A DNA stretch of 64,000 nt, from positions 77,872,001 to 77,936,000 of the forward strand of contig OX597824.1 in the NCBI GenBank assembly GCA_951406725.2. Reading direction: 5' to 3'. Every line of letters begins with the position of its first letter. Within the stretch, counting starts at the first letter, position 1. This document shows positions 1 through 13,639 of this stretch, piece by piece. A model generated the notes under the pieces. It was not told where the DNA came from and ran no database searches. It saw only the letters and a list, made by a program, of their open reading frames with translations. This DNA comes from Octopus vulgaris. Taxonomy: Eukaryota. Position numbers and translations under genes: made by a program.

Positions 1-6
1 TTAATA

Positions 7-3000
7 ATGGATATAATATATGAAGAAAACAGACATGTAATACACCAATGCAATATCCATTTTAAGAGGAAGTTATCGTGGTTGAAACAGAAACGTCAAT
101 ATGAGCTCGCAAAGGAAGAAAAGCAGAAGTATCCAGATACAATAAATGGAATTATTATGGAAGATGTGCTACTACCAGAAGAGTTCAATAAAGACAATGA
201 AGCGAACATCTATGGGGGAGTAACAACGGACCCAGATGAAATATCGATACTTCAACTACCACCAAAGTATGCAGTGTATAGTAAAGTGAATACCATCAAA
301 TGCCTGTCCGAGATTGAAAAGTCGTTCACAAAAATACGTTGGAATTTAAATAGATACTATGACAACAACACTTGCGACAACAACAACAACGCGAAAAACA
401 CTAACCGCAGCAACAACAACACAAACAATAATGACCGCAACAATAACAACCGTAGCAACAAAAGCAACACGAACCCTAACAGCAGGCAACAACAACAACA
501 ACAACACGAACCCTAACAGCGACAACAACAATAACAATAGAAAAAATGTATGCATAGACACAAACAATAGATACAAAAACAAAAACACAAACAGAGAGAG
601 AAAAATCGTATACAACAGCAACAACAACAACAATTATAGGGAGAACCGACACACAAACACACACACAGATAGCCATAGTCACAAAAACACGAATAAAAGT
701 TGTGTCATAGGGGTCACGATGGAGAATAAAGTTGAATGCAACAGGATCCTTGGACAGGGAGTCAGCGGACTTGAAACAGATAACAATACTCATAGGAACA
801 AAAATAACGACCGCAACAGGGGGATTGACAGGGACCAACAGACAGACATAAAACCCAACACTAATATAAACAACACATATACCAGAAACAGGAACAATGA
901 ATATATCACTAGCGATGATAGTAATAATGGCAATGGTAGGAATAAAGGTAATAACAATAATAGTGGTAGTAGTAGTGGTGATGGTAACAGTAGAAGTAGT
1001 AATGAGGATAGTAGTGATAGTTGTGGTGGTAATAGGAATACTAGTAGTAGTAGTAGTAGTGGTAATGGTGATAATAATAATAGGAAGGCTGATGTTGGAA
1101 ACAGTAACGATAATGAAGATAACCCTAGAGAGACCATTGACATGTATACCCATCCCTTTGACACTCAATTCTTCAACGTATGCGACAAAACTTACTGCAT
1201 GAACCGAATTTATCCAACAACATTACCCTTCAACAAAAGGGTATACATCCCAAGACGTACTAATGACCACATGGAAGCACAGTTCACTATAGCTAGGACC
1301 AAACTTAGACAGATTTTAGGTTTATACATTAAGAGACAGAGACAGAATAAGACAGATGCCCAACAACTAGGGATTAAACCTGCATGTGGCCTACAGAAGC
1401 TCATTCAGCGCACGAGGAACGGAGAGGTGATATGCCTTCCCACGGATAAGTCCGGCAGGATGTCAATAGACAGCTTACCGAACTACATCCAGGCAATGCA
1501 ACCTCATATCGCCAATACAAAAGTAACAACTGTACAGGCGCATGAGGAGAGAGAAAAGGTCCTCAATGCCCACATGATGATGTGGACAATTGTTCTGGGA
1601 CCTCAGAAACGTACTGCAAAGAATTTCCAAGCCTGGAACAATGATATCCCGGCACTGTATGGACTTCGCAAGGACCATAAAGGTTTTACTGACCCTATAG
1701 CAGGACCACCAACAAGACCAGTCTGTGGAGCAAATATCGCTAGCAATTACAGAATCTCCTACTTCCTCTCAATGATCATACGCCCTATAATCAGGATGTC
1801 ACCTGATGTATGTGACAGCACAGAAGATCTCCTAAGCAGGATCAGTGACTGTAACAAAACTTGTGACTTGACAGGATGTATAGTAGGTAGCATGGATGTG
1901 GTATCCCTATACCCATCGATTGACGTAGATTTTGCAGTGGAGAAGTGCGTGGAGATGATCAACGAGAGCCAGGTGGAGTTCTGTAATGTCGACACAGAAG
2001 AACTGGGCCTCCTACTTAGACTGACATATAATAGTGAATACTTAGATAAACATAATCTTAGTAGTTTCTGCCCCAGTAGATGTTTAAGAGGTAGACCGCC
2101 TACAATTACTTCTATGGCTAGGAAGACACATATAGAAAGATGGCGCGGATGGACCAGAGCCATACGGAGCCCCGCAAATGTCCATCAGGTAAAGAAAATG
2201 ATCGCACATGCACTAGGAGCTAGTATAAGAGTTACCCTAAAAGGCCACACATTTAAATTTAATAATAAAATATATGCCCAGGACGAGGGGGCAGCCATCG
2301 GTGTTAGTATCGCTGGTGATGTGGCCAACCTCTTCATGGTATGGTGGGACAGAAGGCTTAAAGAATGCCTACTGCAGAAATCCATACTCGTAAACATGTA
2401 CTCTCGCTATGTTGATGATATCAATATAGTAGTAAAGGCACCCCCACAAGAAAGTACTGTTGATATAGTAATAGAAACTAATACTATGGAGAGCATCCAG
2501 CAAATAGCTAACTCCATCCACCAGAGTATTAAGGTCACAATAGACTACCCCACTAAACACCCCAACCATAGACTACCAGTACTAGACACTGAACTCTGGC
2601 TAGAAATTGTGAAAAATAAAACCCAAATCCTTCATTCATACTATGCAAAACCTATGGCCTCAAAATACCTGATCCACCGGAACTCAGCCATTGCGGGCAA
2701 TGCCAAATTCAATATTTTGATGGCAGACCTCGTCAGAATAATGAGAAATGTGTCACGCATGTGCGAGCCTACAGAATTAAAGAGACACATACAGTATTTC
2801 ATTCACCGCATGCAGTTCTCAGGTTACAGCCATAAAGAAAGGATCAGAGTATACAAAGGAGCCATGAAGAAATTTGATAATATATTATGTAATGATAGGA
2901 ATGGGATTTGCCCACTCTACAGGAACAAGTCATGGAACACTATAGAAAGGACAAAAAGAAAATAAGGAAGGCCAACTCTTGGTATGATAGCCATAAATAC

Positions 3001-3542
3001 CAGAGTGTCATGTTCGTTGACACCACCCCTGGAGGTGAACTAGCGTACCGCTTTAGAAGGACCCTAGATAAACTTAAACTAAGAATTAAGGTTGTTGAAA
3101 AGCCAGGCAACCCTATCAGATCTATAATTGGTAGAACCTATCCTTTTAGTAGAACTCTCTGTACGGATAACTATTGCACTGTATGTAGATTTAGCCCACA
3201 AACGAACTGTAAAGCCAGAAATGTGGTCTATAGTATAAGATGTATAGAGGGACGATGCAGTAACAAGACAGTAACATACGTAGGGAAACTGCAAGAAGCA
3301 TTGGTGAGCGGGTGAATGAACATTGGAGACAACTCAAGGAAGGTAAAAGCTCATCGATTCTGTACCAACACGCCGAACAAGAACACGGGGGATCAATCAA
3401 TAACATAGAGATTAAGATATTGTCCACACATAGAACAGATGCAACAATTAGACAAATTACAGAAGCTACACATATAATAGAAAATAAACCTAGCCTGAAT
3501 AGAAAACTAGAATGGAGCAATAGCGCACACCACAACATATGA
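7..3542 (+). mobile_element. Penelope-like retroelement, nearly intact RT + C-terminal GIY-YIG ORF broken by about 3 frameshifts (ORFs 7-516, 359-2965, 2908-3315, 3312-3542); 5' end runs off the window
   Basis: RT motifs LYGLRKDHK..PTRPV, GSMDVVSLYPSI, YAQDEGAAIG..ANLFM, YSRYVDD, LPVLD; Cys linker [21 protein letters not shown]; GIY-YIG YVG(ET)..ERVNEH..LYQH..RQITEA..LNRK. Breaks fall in the (AAC)n tract and short A/G runs. Confidence 0.93.
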
Positions 3543-3915
3543 CAATAGTGGATCCTGCAAACATAATAAATACACAGGTAATTAAAGAAATAGAAATGAA
3601 TATCTATATATATGTATATGTGTATATATATGTATATGTATATGTGTATATATGTGTGTATATATGTATATATATATATATATATATGTATATGTATATG
3701 TATGTATATATATATATATGTATATGTATATTCTTTTTTTTTTTTTTTTTTTTTCTCGATTAGATTTATTATTATTATTACTAATATTGTTGTTATACAT
3801 ACATACAAGCATATGTAATGATAATAATGGGTGGATGTAAACACATGAATAAAATTAGAACAAAAGCAACAACAACAAAAACAAAATACAAATTACAAGA
3901 ATGTATATAACCAGA

Positions 3916-3956
<41 letters not shown>

Positions 3957-3958
3957 TG

Positions 3959-4016
<58 letters not shown>

Positions 4017-4018
4017 TG

Positions 4019-4081
<63 letters not shown>

Positions 4082-4120
4082 CGATTTATATATATAAATA
4101 TATATATACATATATAGTTC

Positions 4121-4160
4121 GATTTGAAAACCCCACTAGGATGGGAGAAACCGCTAATAC
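4121..4160 (+). ncRNA. Degenerate hammerhead-like motif downstream of PLE-1 (U3-A8 type core)
   Basis: TTGAAAA (4124-4130), CCCA-ctagga-TGGG hairpin, GAAACCGCTA; stem I weak and stem III palindrome broken. Confidence 0.35.
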
Positions 4161-4235
4161 ATGATCTAAGTTATATGATGTATAAAAACATGTAATATAC
4201 AAATAAATATCTGTAAATATAAAACCATCCGAATT

Positions 4236-5455
4236 TCTGAGTCTCAAAGTCATGGTCGTCACGGAGGAATTGGGAAAGCTTGGTGTGTTTGGGGTGGGAA
4301 GAAGAGAAGTTTAGGTATGAGTGTGAGTCTGTGTGTTTGTAGTGAATGGAGGTGGTAAGAGTGGAGTGATGAATGCTGACCGAAATGTCGAGCAAGGAGA
4401 CAGAGGTGTTGGAGATAGTGGAGGTGAAGTGGAGGGCAGGATGGAAGTATTGAACGAAAGAGAGGAAGGAATCTAGATGTTCACGGGAGAGTGAGGTGGC
4501 ACCGATAATGTCGCCAATGTAACGACCGTATAGTTCGGGAGTGGGACCAGTGAAACTAGAGAATATTTGGGCCTCAACATAGCCAACGAACAGGTTCGCA
4601 TAGTTGGGGACCATTCGCGTTCCCATAGCCACTCCCGAGAATATTGGTAGAACTCGCCCGCGAACGAGAAGCAGTTAAGAGAAAGGACAAGTTCGGCCAG
4701 ACGAATGAATGTGGAGGTGGCGGGTTCGGGGTTGGGGCGGAGGTCGAGAAAGTGTTGAAGTGCCTGCAGTCCTTCGTAGTGAGGATGACGGTATAGAGGC
4801 TCTGGATGTCCATTGTAAAAGGGATTTTGGAGGAGCCGGGAGGAAAGAAGAAAGAGTTGAAAAGCCGCAGAGCATGGTTGGTGTCGTGGATGTGGGAGGG
4901 AAGAGACGCCACTAGGGGGGCAAGGACACGGTCGAGGTATTTTGAGATGAGCTCCGTGGGGCAGTTACAGGCGGAGACGATGGGGCGGCCAGGGTTGTAG
5001 GTTTTGTGGATTTTAGGGAGGAAGTAAATGATGGGGGTGCGGGGGGTTCGGACAATGAGGTTGGATGTGGTGTGGGGGAGACGGGAGGACGAGATGAGGT
5101 CGTAGACAGTAGAGGATACCGTCCGTTGGTAGCTAAGCGTGGGGTCAGAGGACAGAGGGAGTATAAGGAGGTGTCATTGAGTTGGCGGAGCGCCTCGGCC
5201 CTGTAGAGGTCCGCGCGTCACACCACCACAGCTCCACCCTTGTCAGCCGCCGTTGGAGGGACCGAAGAGCCGAGAGCTCAGCCGGGGAAATGTTGAGGCG
5301 GCGGTGGCGCCTGGAGAAGTTGAACCGCTGCAACGCACGCTGACAAGCACCCGCTGACAAGCACCCGCGAAAAGATCCACTGCTAGGAACTGGCCGGGGG
5401 CAGGAGACCACAGGGACGGTCGGCGGCCCAGGTCAGTGAAGCAGTCCTCATCGTC
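4236..5455 (-). mobile_element. Penelope-like (Neptune-type) RT fragment, frameshifted; same family as 35519-37307
   Basis: Minus-strand PGRPIVS, FTMDIQSLYT, AMGTRM.PNYANLF, YGRYIGDI, HYKHTDSHSYLNFSSSHP; overlapping part nearly identical to 35520-35730. Confidence 0.9.
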
Positions 5456-5467
5456 GGATATATATTT

Positions 5468-5543
<76 letters not shown>

Positions 5544-5759
5544 CCAGATATGTTATATATAATTTAAGGAAGCCAGGGGAAAGAAAGCATTCACATGATG
5601 CACTACTATTACTGTTACACGAAGTTAAACACTCTGCCAACGGCTCACTGTGAAATGCTTGCTCAGATACTGCTAGTACTTTATTTTACAGCCATGTGTC
5701 AGTCCACTTTTAGAGATATGGGAGTGGTCGGAATCCTTCAACAATATATAGACATGAAG

Positions 5760-6330
5760 AGAGAGGAGGAGGTAAGGGTAAAAAGAAAGAGAAGTAAAGT
5801 GAGAGAGAGAGAGAGAAGAGAGTAGAGAGGAGAGAGGAGAGAGGGGAGGTAAAGTGAGAAAGCAAGTGGAGAGAAAGAAGAGAGTCAGATATTACGATTC
5901 ATTAACTGAACATTATTGACATAAACTCTCATGCATATAAATTATGCTAACAAACATGAGAAGAGAGAAAGAGAGAGAAAGAGAGAGAAAGAGAGAGAAG
6001 GGAGAGAAAGAGAAAAAAGAAAGAAAGAAAGAAAGAAAGAAGGAAGGCAGGAAGGAAGGAAGAAAGAAGGAAAGAAGGGGAGAAAGAAAGAAAGAAGGAA
6101 GGAAGGAATAGAAGGAAGAAAGAAAGAATGAGTGAATAAATGAAAGAAGTAAGAAAGAAAGAATAAATGAAAGTGGGGAAGAGAGAAAAAGGAAGAAAAA
6201 AGAAAGAAAGAAAGAAGGAACGAAGGAAAGAAGGAAGAGAAGAAAGAAAGAATGGGTGAATAAATGAAAGAAGGGAAGAAAGAGACAAAGAATGAAAGGA
6301 AGAAATAAAGGAAGAAAGAAAGAAAAAGAG
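5760..6330. repeat. Polypurine (GA/GAAA/GGAA)n tract
   Basis: About 570 bp almost purely A/G on the + strand. Confidence 0.9.
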
Positions 6331-8415
6331 AGATATTTGAGGGAGTACGAGTGAAGCATTAAAATGCCTGATGTTAAATAAGGCAGCGTCGGATCAACGA
6401 TGCCATATCGGCTGCACCAAAATGTTTCATACTCAGATATTGCTTCTACACTTAATACGCTTATTTTCATTACAAGTTACGTGACGCGTATTATGTGCCG
6501 CACAGTCGTCTATGTGAACAGTGATGTTCCATATAGTCTAGCAAGTTTATGATAATTCTGCTTGTCATTCCGTTACTTAGCCTGGCGGTAACGCTTTCCC
6601 TAAAGAACACTTGACTAAAGAAGGCGCAGAAAGGAAAGAGGGAAACAGGAAAAGATGGAGAGAGCTACAGATTGAGAGAGGAGGAGAGGGAGTGTCAAGA
6701 GTTTATGACGTGAGATAGCGGGAACATAACTGTATTGCTATCACGAAATTAATTGAAGGGAAAAAGAGTATGAGAGGGGGAAAGAAAAAGGAGACAATAA
6801 AAGGGGATAAGGCGAACAGTGAGACAGAAAGGATAAAGAAAAAGAGGAAGGCAGTAAAAGATAGTGGGAAACGAGAGTGAGAAGTGTTCATGATGTGAGG
6901 TAGAGGGAACGTAATATTTATTACGTGGTTAAAAAATGTGGCTGAAGGTAGCAATGATATAGAGGAGGAGAGTTTAAAATATAATTTTAGCAGAGGGGTG
7001 ATGTTCTGATGGTAAGGTTAAAGGCAGAGAGACGGAAAAAGATAGAAGAGACAAAGAGAGAGAGGAGGCAAAGAGAGAGATGATGATGATGATGGTACTG
7101 GTGGTGCTTGTAATGGCGGTGGTGGTAGTGGAGGTGATGGTGGTGGACGTGTCGGAGGTGAGTGAATAGTGAAAAGTATATATTTTTAAAAACTGAACTA
7201 GTTATTTTGTATATCATCTATCACTTAACGCATGTACTTAAGTGCATGTCTATGAAATATTCACGCTTACTTATGTGACAGATATATACAATTTAACTAA
7301 AGGTTCTATTGTATGTATAGCGATATTTTTTTCTTTTTGTTTATGGGGAAAATAGAAAAATAAGTGTGAATATTTTTTTTATGATTGCTGTGTATTAATT
7401 CTATAGAATTGTGCATAAAGTATATAAAGTGCATTAGCTAATCATCGCATTCCAACTTCTTTCAGTTATCAATGAAGAGCAGATGAGCGACTGTCTTTCC
7501 ATACAGACACAACATAAGCTGCGCTTTCAGGAATTTTGCATAACATTTTCTGACATAATCCAATAGGCTTACTGTCAAATATTCACGGGTCCCGCTGCTT
7601 GTCATAATTCTAGAACAGGTGGAGTTCCACAAGTTATACTGGAGGAATGTTGTTTTAAGGCATTACAAATTGGTAACCAGGTAAATACGGAGCGGTTTTA
7701 ACCTGCTGTTTTATCTCCAAATATACGTACTGGAAGGAAGTTGATTGTATTTTGGGAATTTATGTAAACATTTACAAACCCTTCAGGAAACACGCGATTG
7801 TATTAATATATGTATGTGTATGTGTTTAGACATATACAAACATTTATATGTGTGTGTATGTATATATATATATATATATATATGTATATGCGTGTATACA
7901 CACACATTTACACACACACGCACACATATACACATTCGCACACACACACTCACACGCATATATACATATATATATATATATTCAAATGCATACGCGTGCA
8001 AAAACTGATAAAGCAGTGCTTTCGAACTAATATGTTTTCTCTAATATTACTTCCACCCAAATTGCACAGACGTTCCTTTGTCACTCTAGCCAACATTTTA
8101 GTCTGCGAACCGGTGATTATACCGCAGGAAATCTGTAACGTTCTTGTTCACACCAAACGATATACAATAAAAAAAATGTAAATAAATTCATGTTTTACTT
8201 CTCATTTACTGCGGCATAGTTATCTGGTGAAAATCAAGCTGTCATTTGAAGGGCAAAAGAATTGTTCTGCTGTTTGTAAAGAGAGAAAGAGACGTAAGCT
8301 GCTTTGAAAATTACGATTAACTGTGTTCTACATTATATATCTATGTGTATGTATGTGTGAATGTTAAAATGTATATGTGTTTACCCACACACGAGTACAC
8401 ACATACTCTCTCTCT

Positions 8416-8447
<32 letters not shown>

Positions 8448-8489
8448 TACACACATATATATATATATATAGGTCTATGTGTATATATA

Positions 8490-9660
8490 AAATTAAGAAA
8501 CACTAAATTTAGATAACGGCTTATTCTATCCTTACCATAACCCTAATAAAACTATTAAGTATATCCACGCCTTATCAAATCATCCCCAATGGGTGATTAA
8601 CGGGATAATCAAAGGTATGTCGATAAGAATCTCTAACTTATCCGCAAACGAAAAGTTTTTTGATGGTTTTGCACCCTTTTATAATACACCATTAAAAGAC
8701 AGTGGATTCAGTAGGAAGGTATATTATATTGAGAACACTAATTTAATAGTATATTTATTCCCTCTCACCCTTATTAATTAATTATATTGAGAACACAATA
8801 TTTAAGGATAAATTAGATAAACGCTTTCCAAATACTGCGAATTTAAATATCGACACACCTTCCATGAACACCCCGCCCCTGAACATAAGAACCAACAACA
8901 TTTTAGAAGATACTAGAATTTATTTAATTATAATAACAATAACTATACTGGACAATTCGGGGAGGAACGGAAATTATATGCTTCACACCTTTTTTTTACC
9001 AGGTTAGAAACCTCCCTAAATTATTTTTAGGATTATCGATAGGAACTTCCCATTAAGCCATAAATATCATTCCATATTTAATAGATCCTGCCTTAAATTA
9101 TCTTACTCAACCACACCCAATCTAGGATCTATAATCGCGGCCAACAATAGACTTAAACTTAGAAATAACGGCATTAATAGGGATGACATTATAGCTGACC
9201 TTAATATGAAGAACAATAATATGAACCTTGATATTAAAAATAGAAAGGTCAAGCATGGAAATAAGACATGTGATTGTCATAATATGGAGTGTTTTTCCCT
9301 TAAAAGGAGAAATGTCGTATATAATGTTAGTTTCATCCCTTAATGAACCTAAAAAGATATACATAGGAAGTACGACTGATTTTAAGATTAGATATAGGGC
9401 ACACACAATTTCATTTATCAATCACGAAACAAAAACTTCAACCACACTAGCTACCCACATTAATAAATTTTAAATGTGCAATAAAGAATTCAATCTAGAT
9501 TGGTCTATGATAACGAAAACCACACCATATAATACACGCAGTAAAAATTGCACTTTGTGCACAAAAGAAGAGATCCACATTCTCCCTGCCGACAAAAAAA
9601 AATAGCTTACTCAATAAGATATCGGATTTCAATATAATGTGTAGAGATAAATATTTATCA
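8490..9660 (+). mobile_element. Third Penelope-like family, degenerate RT C-terminus + GIY-YIG, 5' truncated at a (TA)n run
   Basis: FYPYHNPNKTIKYIHALSNHP..RISNLSANEKFF..LKDSGF; KIYIGSTTDFKIRYRAHTISF..STTLATHI; downstream CTLC..E motif. Confidence 0.8.
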
Positions 9661-9961
9661 GCTCTTCAATTTTTTCCCCAAAATAATTAGCCTATTTGAT
9701 TTTAATCTAGCCACCCTTCATATATTTGGATTCATCTTAAAATATTATAATACATAGAGTGATAATTTATCTTAACATGTAGGGGCACATCAAGAAGAAG
9801 TGCCCCAAAAGCGAAAATGAGCCGGGAAAAGCAGTAGAGAACCTGTCTGAGCCCGTGAGTACAGCAAAGGTAGCGGAAGGAAACCAAGACGCAGTTGATT
9901 TGGAAGAAACAGACGCCGAAGAGGATTATTATAAAGGTTACCAGAAAGAGAGAGGGGGAGA

Positions 9962-10245
9962 GATCATCATCATTGTTCGACCGTGGTCGAGACAATGGAA
10001 TTTACTATGTTACGCCAGACTTCACGGTCCATCATAGCATTACGGAGGTCCTGTTGCTGGATGCCTGTATCCCTGGAGATTAGATCAGGGTAGGAGAGTG
10101 TGCGCCCTCTGGTATTGCGAGTAGATGGCTTCCAGAGGAGAAGAGTAGAAATTACTTCTTTTTCAGCTCTACAACAATGTCCAGCAAACTGGACTCTCCT
10201 ACCTTTCACAAGAGATGACACAGGTGGTAGTCTCCCATATATTTG
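9962..10245 (-). mobile_element. RTE-clade LINE 3' end with short (TGA)n tail
   Basis: IYGRLPPVSSLVKGRRVQFAGHCCR..LLWKP..RGR..AMMDREVWR followed by TGATGATGAT. Confidence 0.85.
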
Positions 10246-10520
10246 CAAATACAAATACAGATACAAATAACTCACCACCAAAGTGATCACAAAAAGAAAA
10301 AAAAAGCAAACAGAAACAATACCGACAACTACAGAAAACAACACCCTCACACAGCACATACCACTGCTAGCATCCCCCGAAAAAAAAAACAGCACAGATT
10401 CTCTCACCAAACAGACTCCTACAGACATTCAAACGCCAACATTGCAAACTGCAGATTTAGTGACTTATAGAACTAGTAAATCCATTGAAAAAAAATACTA
10501 TCAACAAATTTAAAAACATC

Positions 10521-10885
10521 ACTAGCGTTGAGCTATCCAACTTCCGGATCTTTCCACTTTGACCGGCAGATTTTTAAAATAAGTTCTTTGTAACTAAACA
10601 CTTTTAAACTTCCGTATACTGGTAGAATGTGTTACATAAAACGTCTTTCTCTCTTGGCTATCTTGAGAAAATTCTGTAGTTTGTAAGCTATTTCTTGTTA
10701 AATTTCTTGCATTTCGTTAATTTCAACCAATCAATGACGTCGATTGAGGTGAATACAATTTCTGCGGTTGTTTGTCAATGCGGTGTCTACTCAGTTTGTC
10801 ACTGTTGTTTATGAGAAAAAAAGATACCCTTCTTCCCACACCTAACCCTAACCCTAACCCTAACCATAACCATAACCCTAACACC
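10521..10885. repeat. Interspersed repeat ending in an interstitial telomere-like (CCCTAA/CCATAA)n array (10842-10881)
   Basis: cctaaccctaaccctaaccctaaccataaccataaccctaac seen directly; class of the surrounding element not identified. Confidence 0.5.
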
Positions 10886-10904
10886 ACATATATATAAAAG
10901 TAGA

Positions 10905-11290
10905 AACTCCTGTACTGATAGGAACGGTAGGAACTGTATTGTATGTAGATTTAGCCCACAAACAAATTGTAAATCTAGGAATGTAGTCTATAGAATAAGA
11001 TTTACAGAGGGGTGGTGCAGTAACTGGACAACGACGTACATCGAGGAGACAGCACGGAGCATAAGAGAGCGGGTAAATAAGTATTGAAGGGAACTTAAGG
11101 AAGAGAAGAGCTCATCAGTTCTGTAACAGCACGCCGAGCAGGAACTCAGGGGTTCACTCAGCAACATAGAAGTTAAAGTCCTGTCCACACATAGAACAGA
11201 CGCAACGTTTAGACAAATTACAGAAGCTACACATATAATAGAAGATAAACCTAGCCTGAATAGGAAACTGGAATGGAACACCACATCTTG
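10905..11290 (+). pseudogene. Diverged GIY-YIG fragment of the PLE-1 family, followed by a CAC-rich tail (11280-11660)
   Basis: Colinear with 3150-3530 (gtatgtagatttagcccacaaac, gtccacacatagaacaga, cagaagctacacatataatagaa, aaacctagcctgaatag). Confidence 0.9.
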
Positions 11291-11699
11291 CAACACCGCA
11301 CCGCACACCACCACCCCACACACACCACAACACACCACACATCACCACGCCACCACGCCACACCACTCCATCACACCACAACACAACGCACAAAGGAAAA
11401 CACATCAACACACTACCATACAACATCGTACCCCCCTGCACACACTAGCATTGACTACTTCCCAGCACCAACACCATACCACATACCACCACACCACACC
11501 ACACCAAATCACACCACACCACATCACTCCATCGCACACACTAGCACTGACCACATTCCAGCACCCACACCATCATGAACACAATTGCACATGCACACCC
11601 ACACGTCAAGGTCACCAGCCACAATCCACACGCATTCACACGATTTCACATACACGCACGCGCACCTTCGTTTTGGGATCACCACTACTTTATTATCTC

Positions 11700-11885
11700 C
11701 CCTTCTTCCTTGCTCTCCTGTCTGACCACCTCTGTCCAGCCATCGCCATGATCAACAGCTAGCCACTAAAGCTTTTTTATTCTCTCTCTGTTTATTTTCT
11801 CGAGTTCCTCTCTGTTGAAGAGCGTAGGCTCGAAACGTAAAAGACTTTCTCACCTTCCAGAGCGTTGAACTAATACACATGTTTT
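11700..11885 (+). mobile_element. Solo pseudo-LTR of the Neptune-type PLE containing a minimal hammerhead at 11808-11843
   Basis: Homologous to 37070-37260 and 48915-49100; CTGTTGAA-GAGC-gtag-GCTC-GAAACGTA-AAAG. Confidence 0.75.
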
Positions 11886-11997
11886 TCTTTTTTCTTCTTT
11901 TTTAATTGTTTTTTTTAGATTGTCTATACATACATACATACATACATACATACATACATACATACATACATACATACATACATACATACATACATGC

Positions 11998-12035
<38 letters not shown>

Positions 12036-12119
12036 ATATCATAAGATTCAAGTCAGTATACATAATATGGTACTTAACTATACCAGAAATCTATATATAT
12101 ATATATATATATATATTTC

Positions 12120-12152
<33 letters not shown>

Positions 12153-12195
12153 GAAACAATTGTACCGAAATATTGATCCATTCTTGTTGCTTTTT

Positions 12196-12233
<38 letters not shown>

Positions 12234-12641
12234 TTATCGTTAATATAAGCAAGTGAAGAAACTGAAGGAACGAAGCTCTTTGACACAAAAGAATATATTA
12301 GAATCAATTAGAATTTGTTTACATTTTAAATTATAGGAATACACTTTACTGGTTTCACAGTTTATTTTCAAAAGTGTATAGTGTACGGATATGTGTCGTG
12401 AATTTATGTCTCTTTCAGGCGTTCTTATAAAAACAGAATGTTTTTAGGATAGAAATGCGACTCAGAACAGTATTTGCTAACGCACGAATTGTATGGTCAA
12501 TGTTGATGAAGTAAAACCTAAGTAATTCTAATTTTAATATTAATATTATAATTTTAATATTTTAATTTTAATATTTTCTAATTCTAATATTTTCTCTGTG
12601 CATTTTCAACTTCATTTATTACGTACATCCATCCATATATA

Positions 12642-13208
12642 TTGGGTTGTCCGGAAAGTTCGTGCCGATTTATAGTAGCTTAATTTTCGACTTATTTTAG
12701 AACATGGTTGAATCCATAAAATAGGATTTGACTACACCTCCATTTAGAGCACAGTTTAAGCTATATTTCTGTGGAAGAAGGTTTATGTTCCTATAACCTG
12801 TGTTAATTCTGTAACCCTTTAAAATGGAAGATAAGAAAGTTCATTTTCGACACTTGAAGCTTTGGGAACCAGAACAAAATTGCTGCAGCTCGGCTGGGAT
12901 GTGTTACCCCACCCTCCATATTCACCAGATATTGTTCCTTCGGATTTCCACTTGTTCAGGTCTCTGCAGAATAGTCTTAATGGTAAAAATTTCAATTCCT
13001 TGGATGACGTAAAAAGATACCTTGATGAATTCTTTGCCATGAAACCACCTCAATTCTGGGAAGAGCGTATTTTCAAGTTAAAGGAAAGATGGAGACGTAT
13101 TGTGCAATAAAATGGTTCATATTTGGTTGATTAAAAACTGTAATGGCAAGTATTTATTGACATTTTTCTTTCCTCTAAAAATCGGCACGAACTCTCCGGA
13201 CAACCCAA
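12642..13208 (+). mobile_element. Non-autonomous mariner (internally deleted), copy 1
   Basis: TIR TTGGGTTGTCCGGAAAGTTCGTGCCGATTT and its inverse, TA target duplication; remnant MEDKKVHFRH fused to WDVLPHPPYSPDIVPSDFHLFRSL. Confidence 0.95.
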
Positions 13209-13214
13209 TATATA

Positions 13215-13430
13215 TAGTTGAAATTTATAGAAAAACAAAAGACGAAAGCAGGTTAATGAAACACAAGTAAGTGTATTAGTCTGACGCTCCGGAAAATGGA
13301 AAAAAAATCTTTTATATTTCGGGCCTACGGTCTTCAACACAAAGGAATAGGAGAAAATAAATAGAGAGAGATTGAAAAAAAATTTGTAGATTTCAGCGGT
13401 CCAGTAATCCCTCGCCATATCGCGTTTCAC
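13215..13430 (-). mobile_element. Degenerate Neptune-type pseudo-LTR with decayed hammerhead (13309-13345)
   Basis: Reverse complement matches 37100-37300; GTGTTGAAGACCGTAGGCCCGAAATATA. Confidence 0.7.
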
Positions 13431-13639
13431 CTATAGTGGTTTATTAATTAAGCTTACGTGGATTCCTCCGTGGTGTTGTTTTTGCATTTATAATAAAATA
13501 AATACATACAAATTATAAAAATAATTTTAAAAAATTATACAGTACTGTTTCTACTTCACAGATTTTCACCTATCACGTGGTGTTTCAGAACGTAACACCT
13601 GCGATAGTCGAGGACTACTGAATGTATGTATGTATATAT

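Noticed and set aside
7562-7566. Single in-frame TAG in the 7466-7680 island as a possible A-to-I recoded stop
   Set aside because: Speculative without transcript or homology evidence; the AG may simply be an acceptor or random.
12335-12430. Minus-strand CTGAAAGA..GAAACCAGTA, and similar partial motifs at 13535-13575, 14025-14115 and 20452-20500
   Set aside because: Core or stems too degraded to call by eye; may be ancient hammerheads but unsupported.
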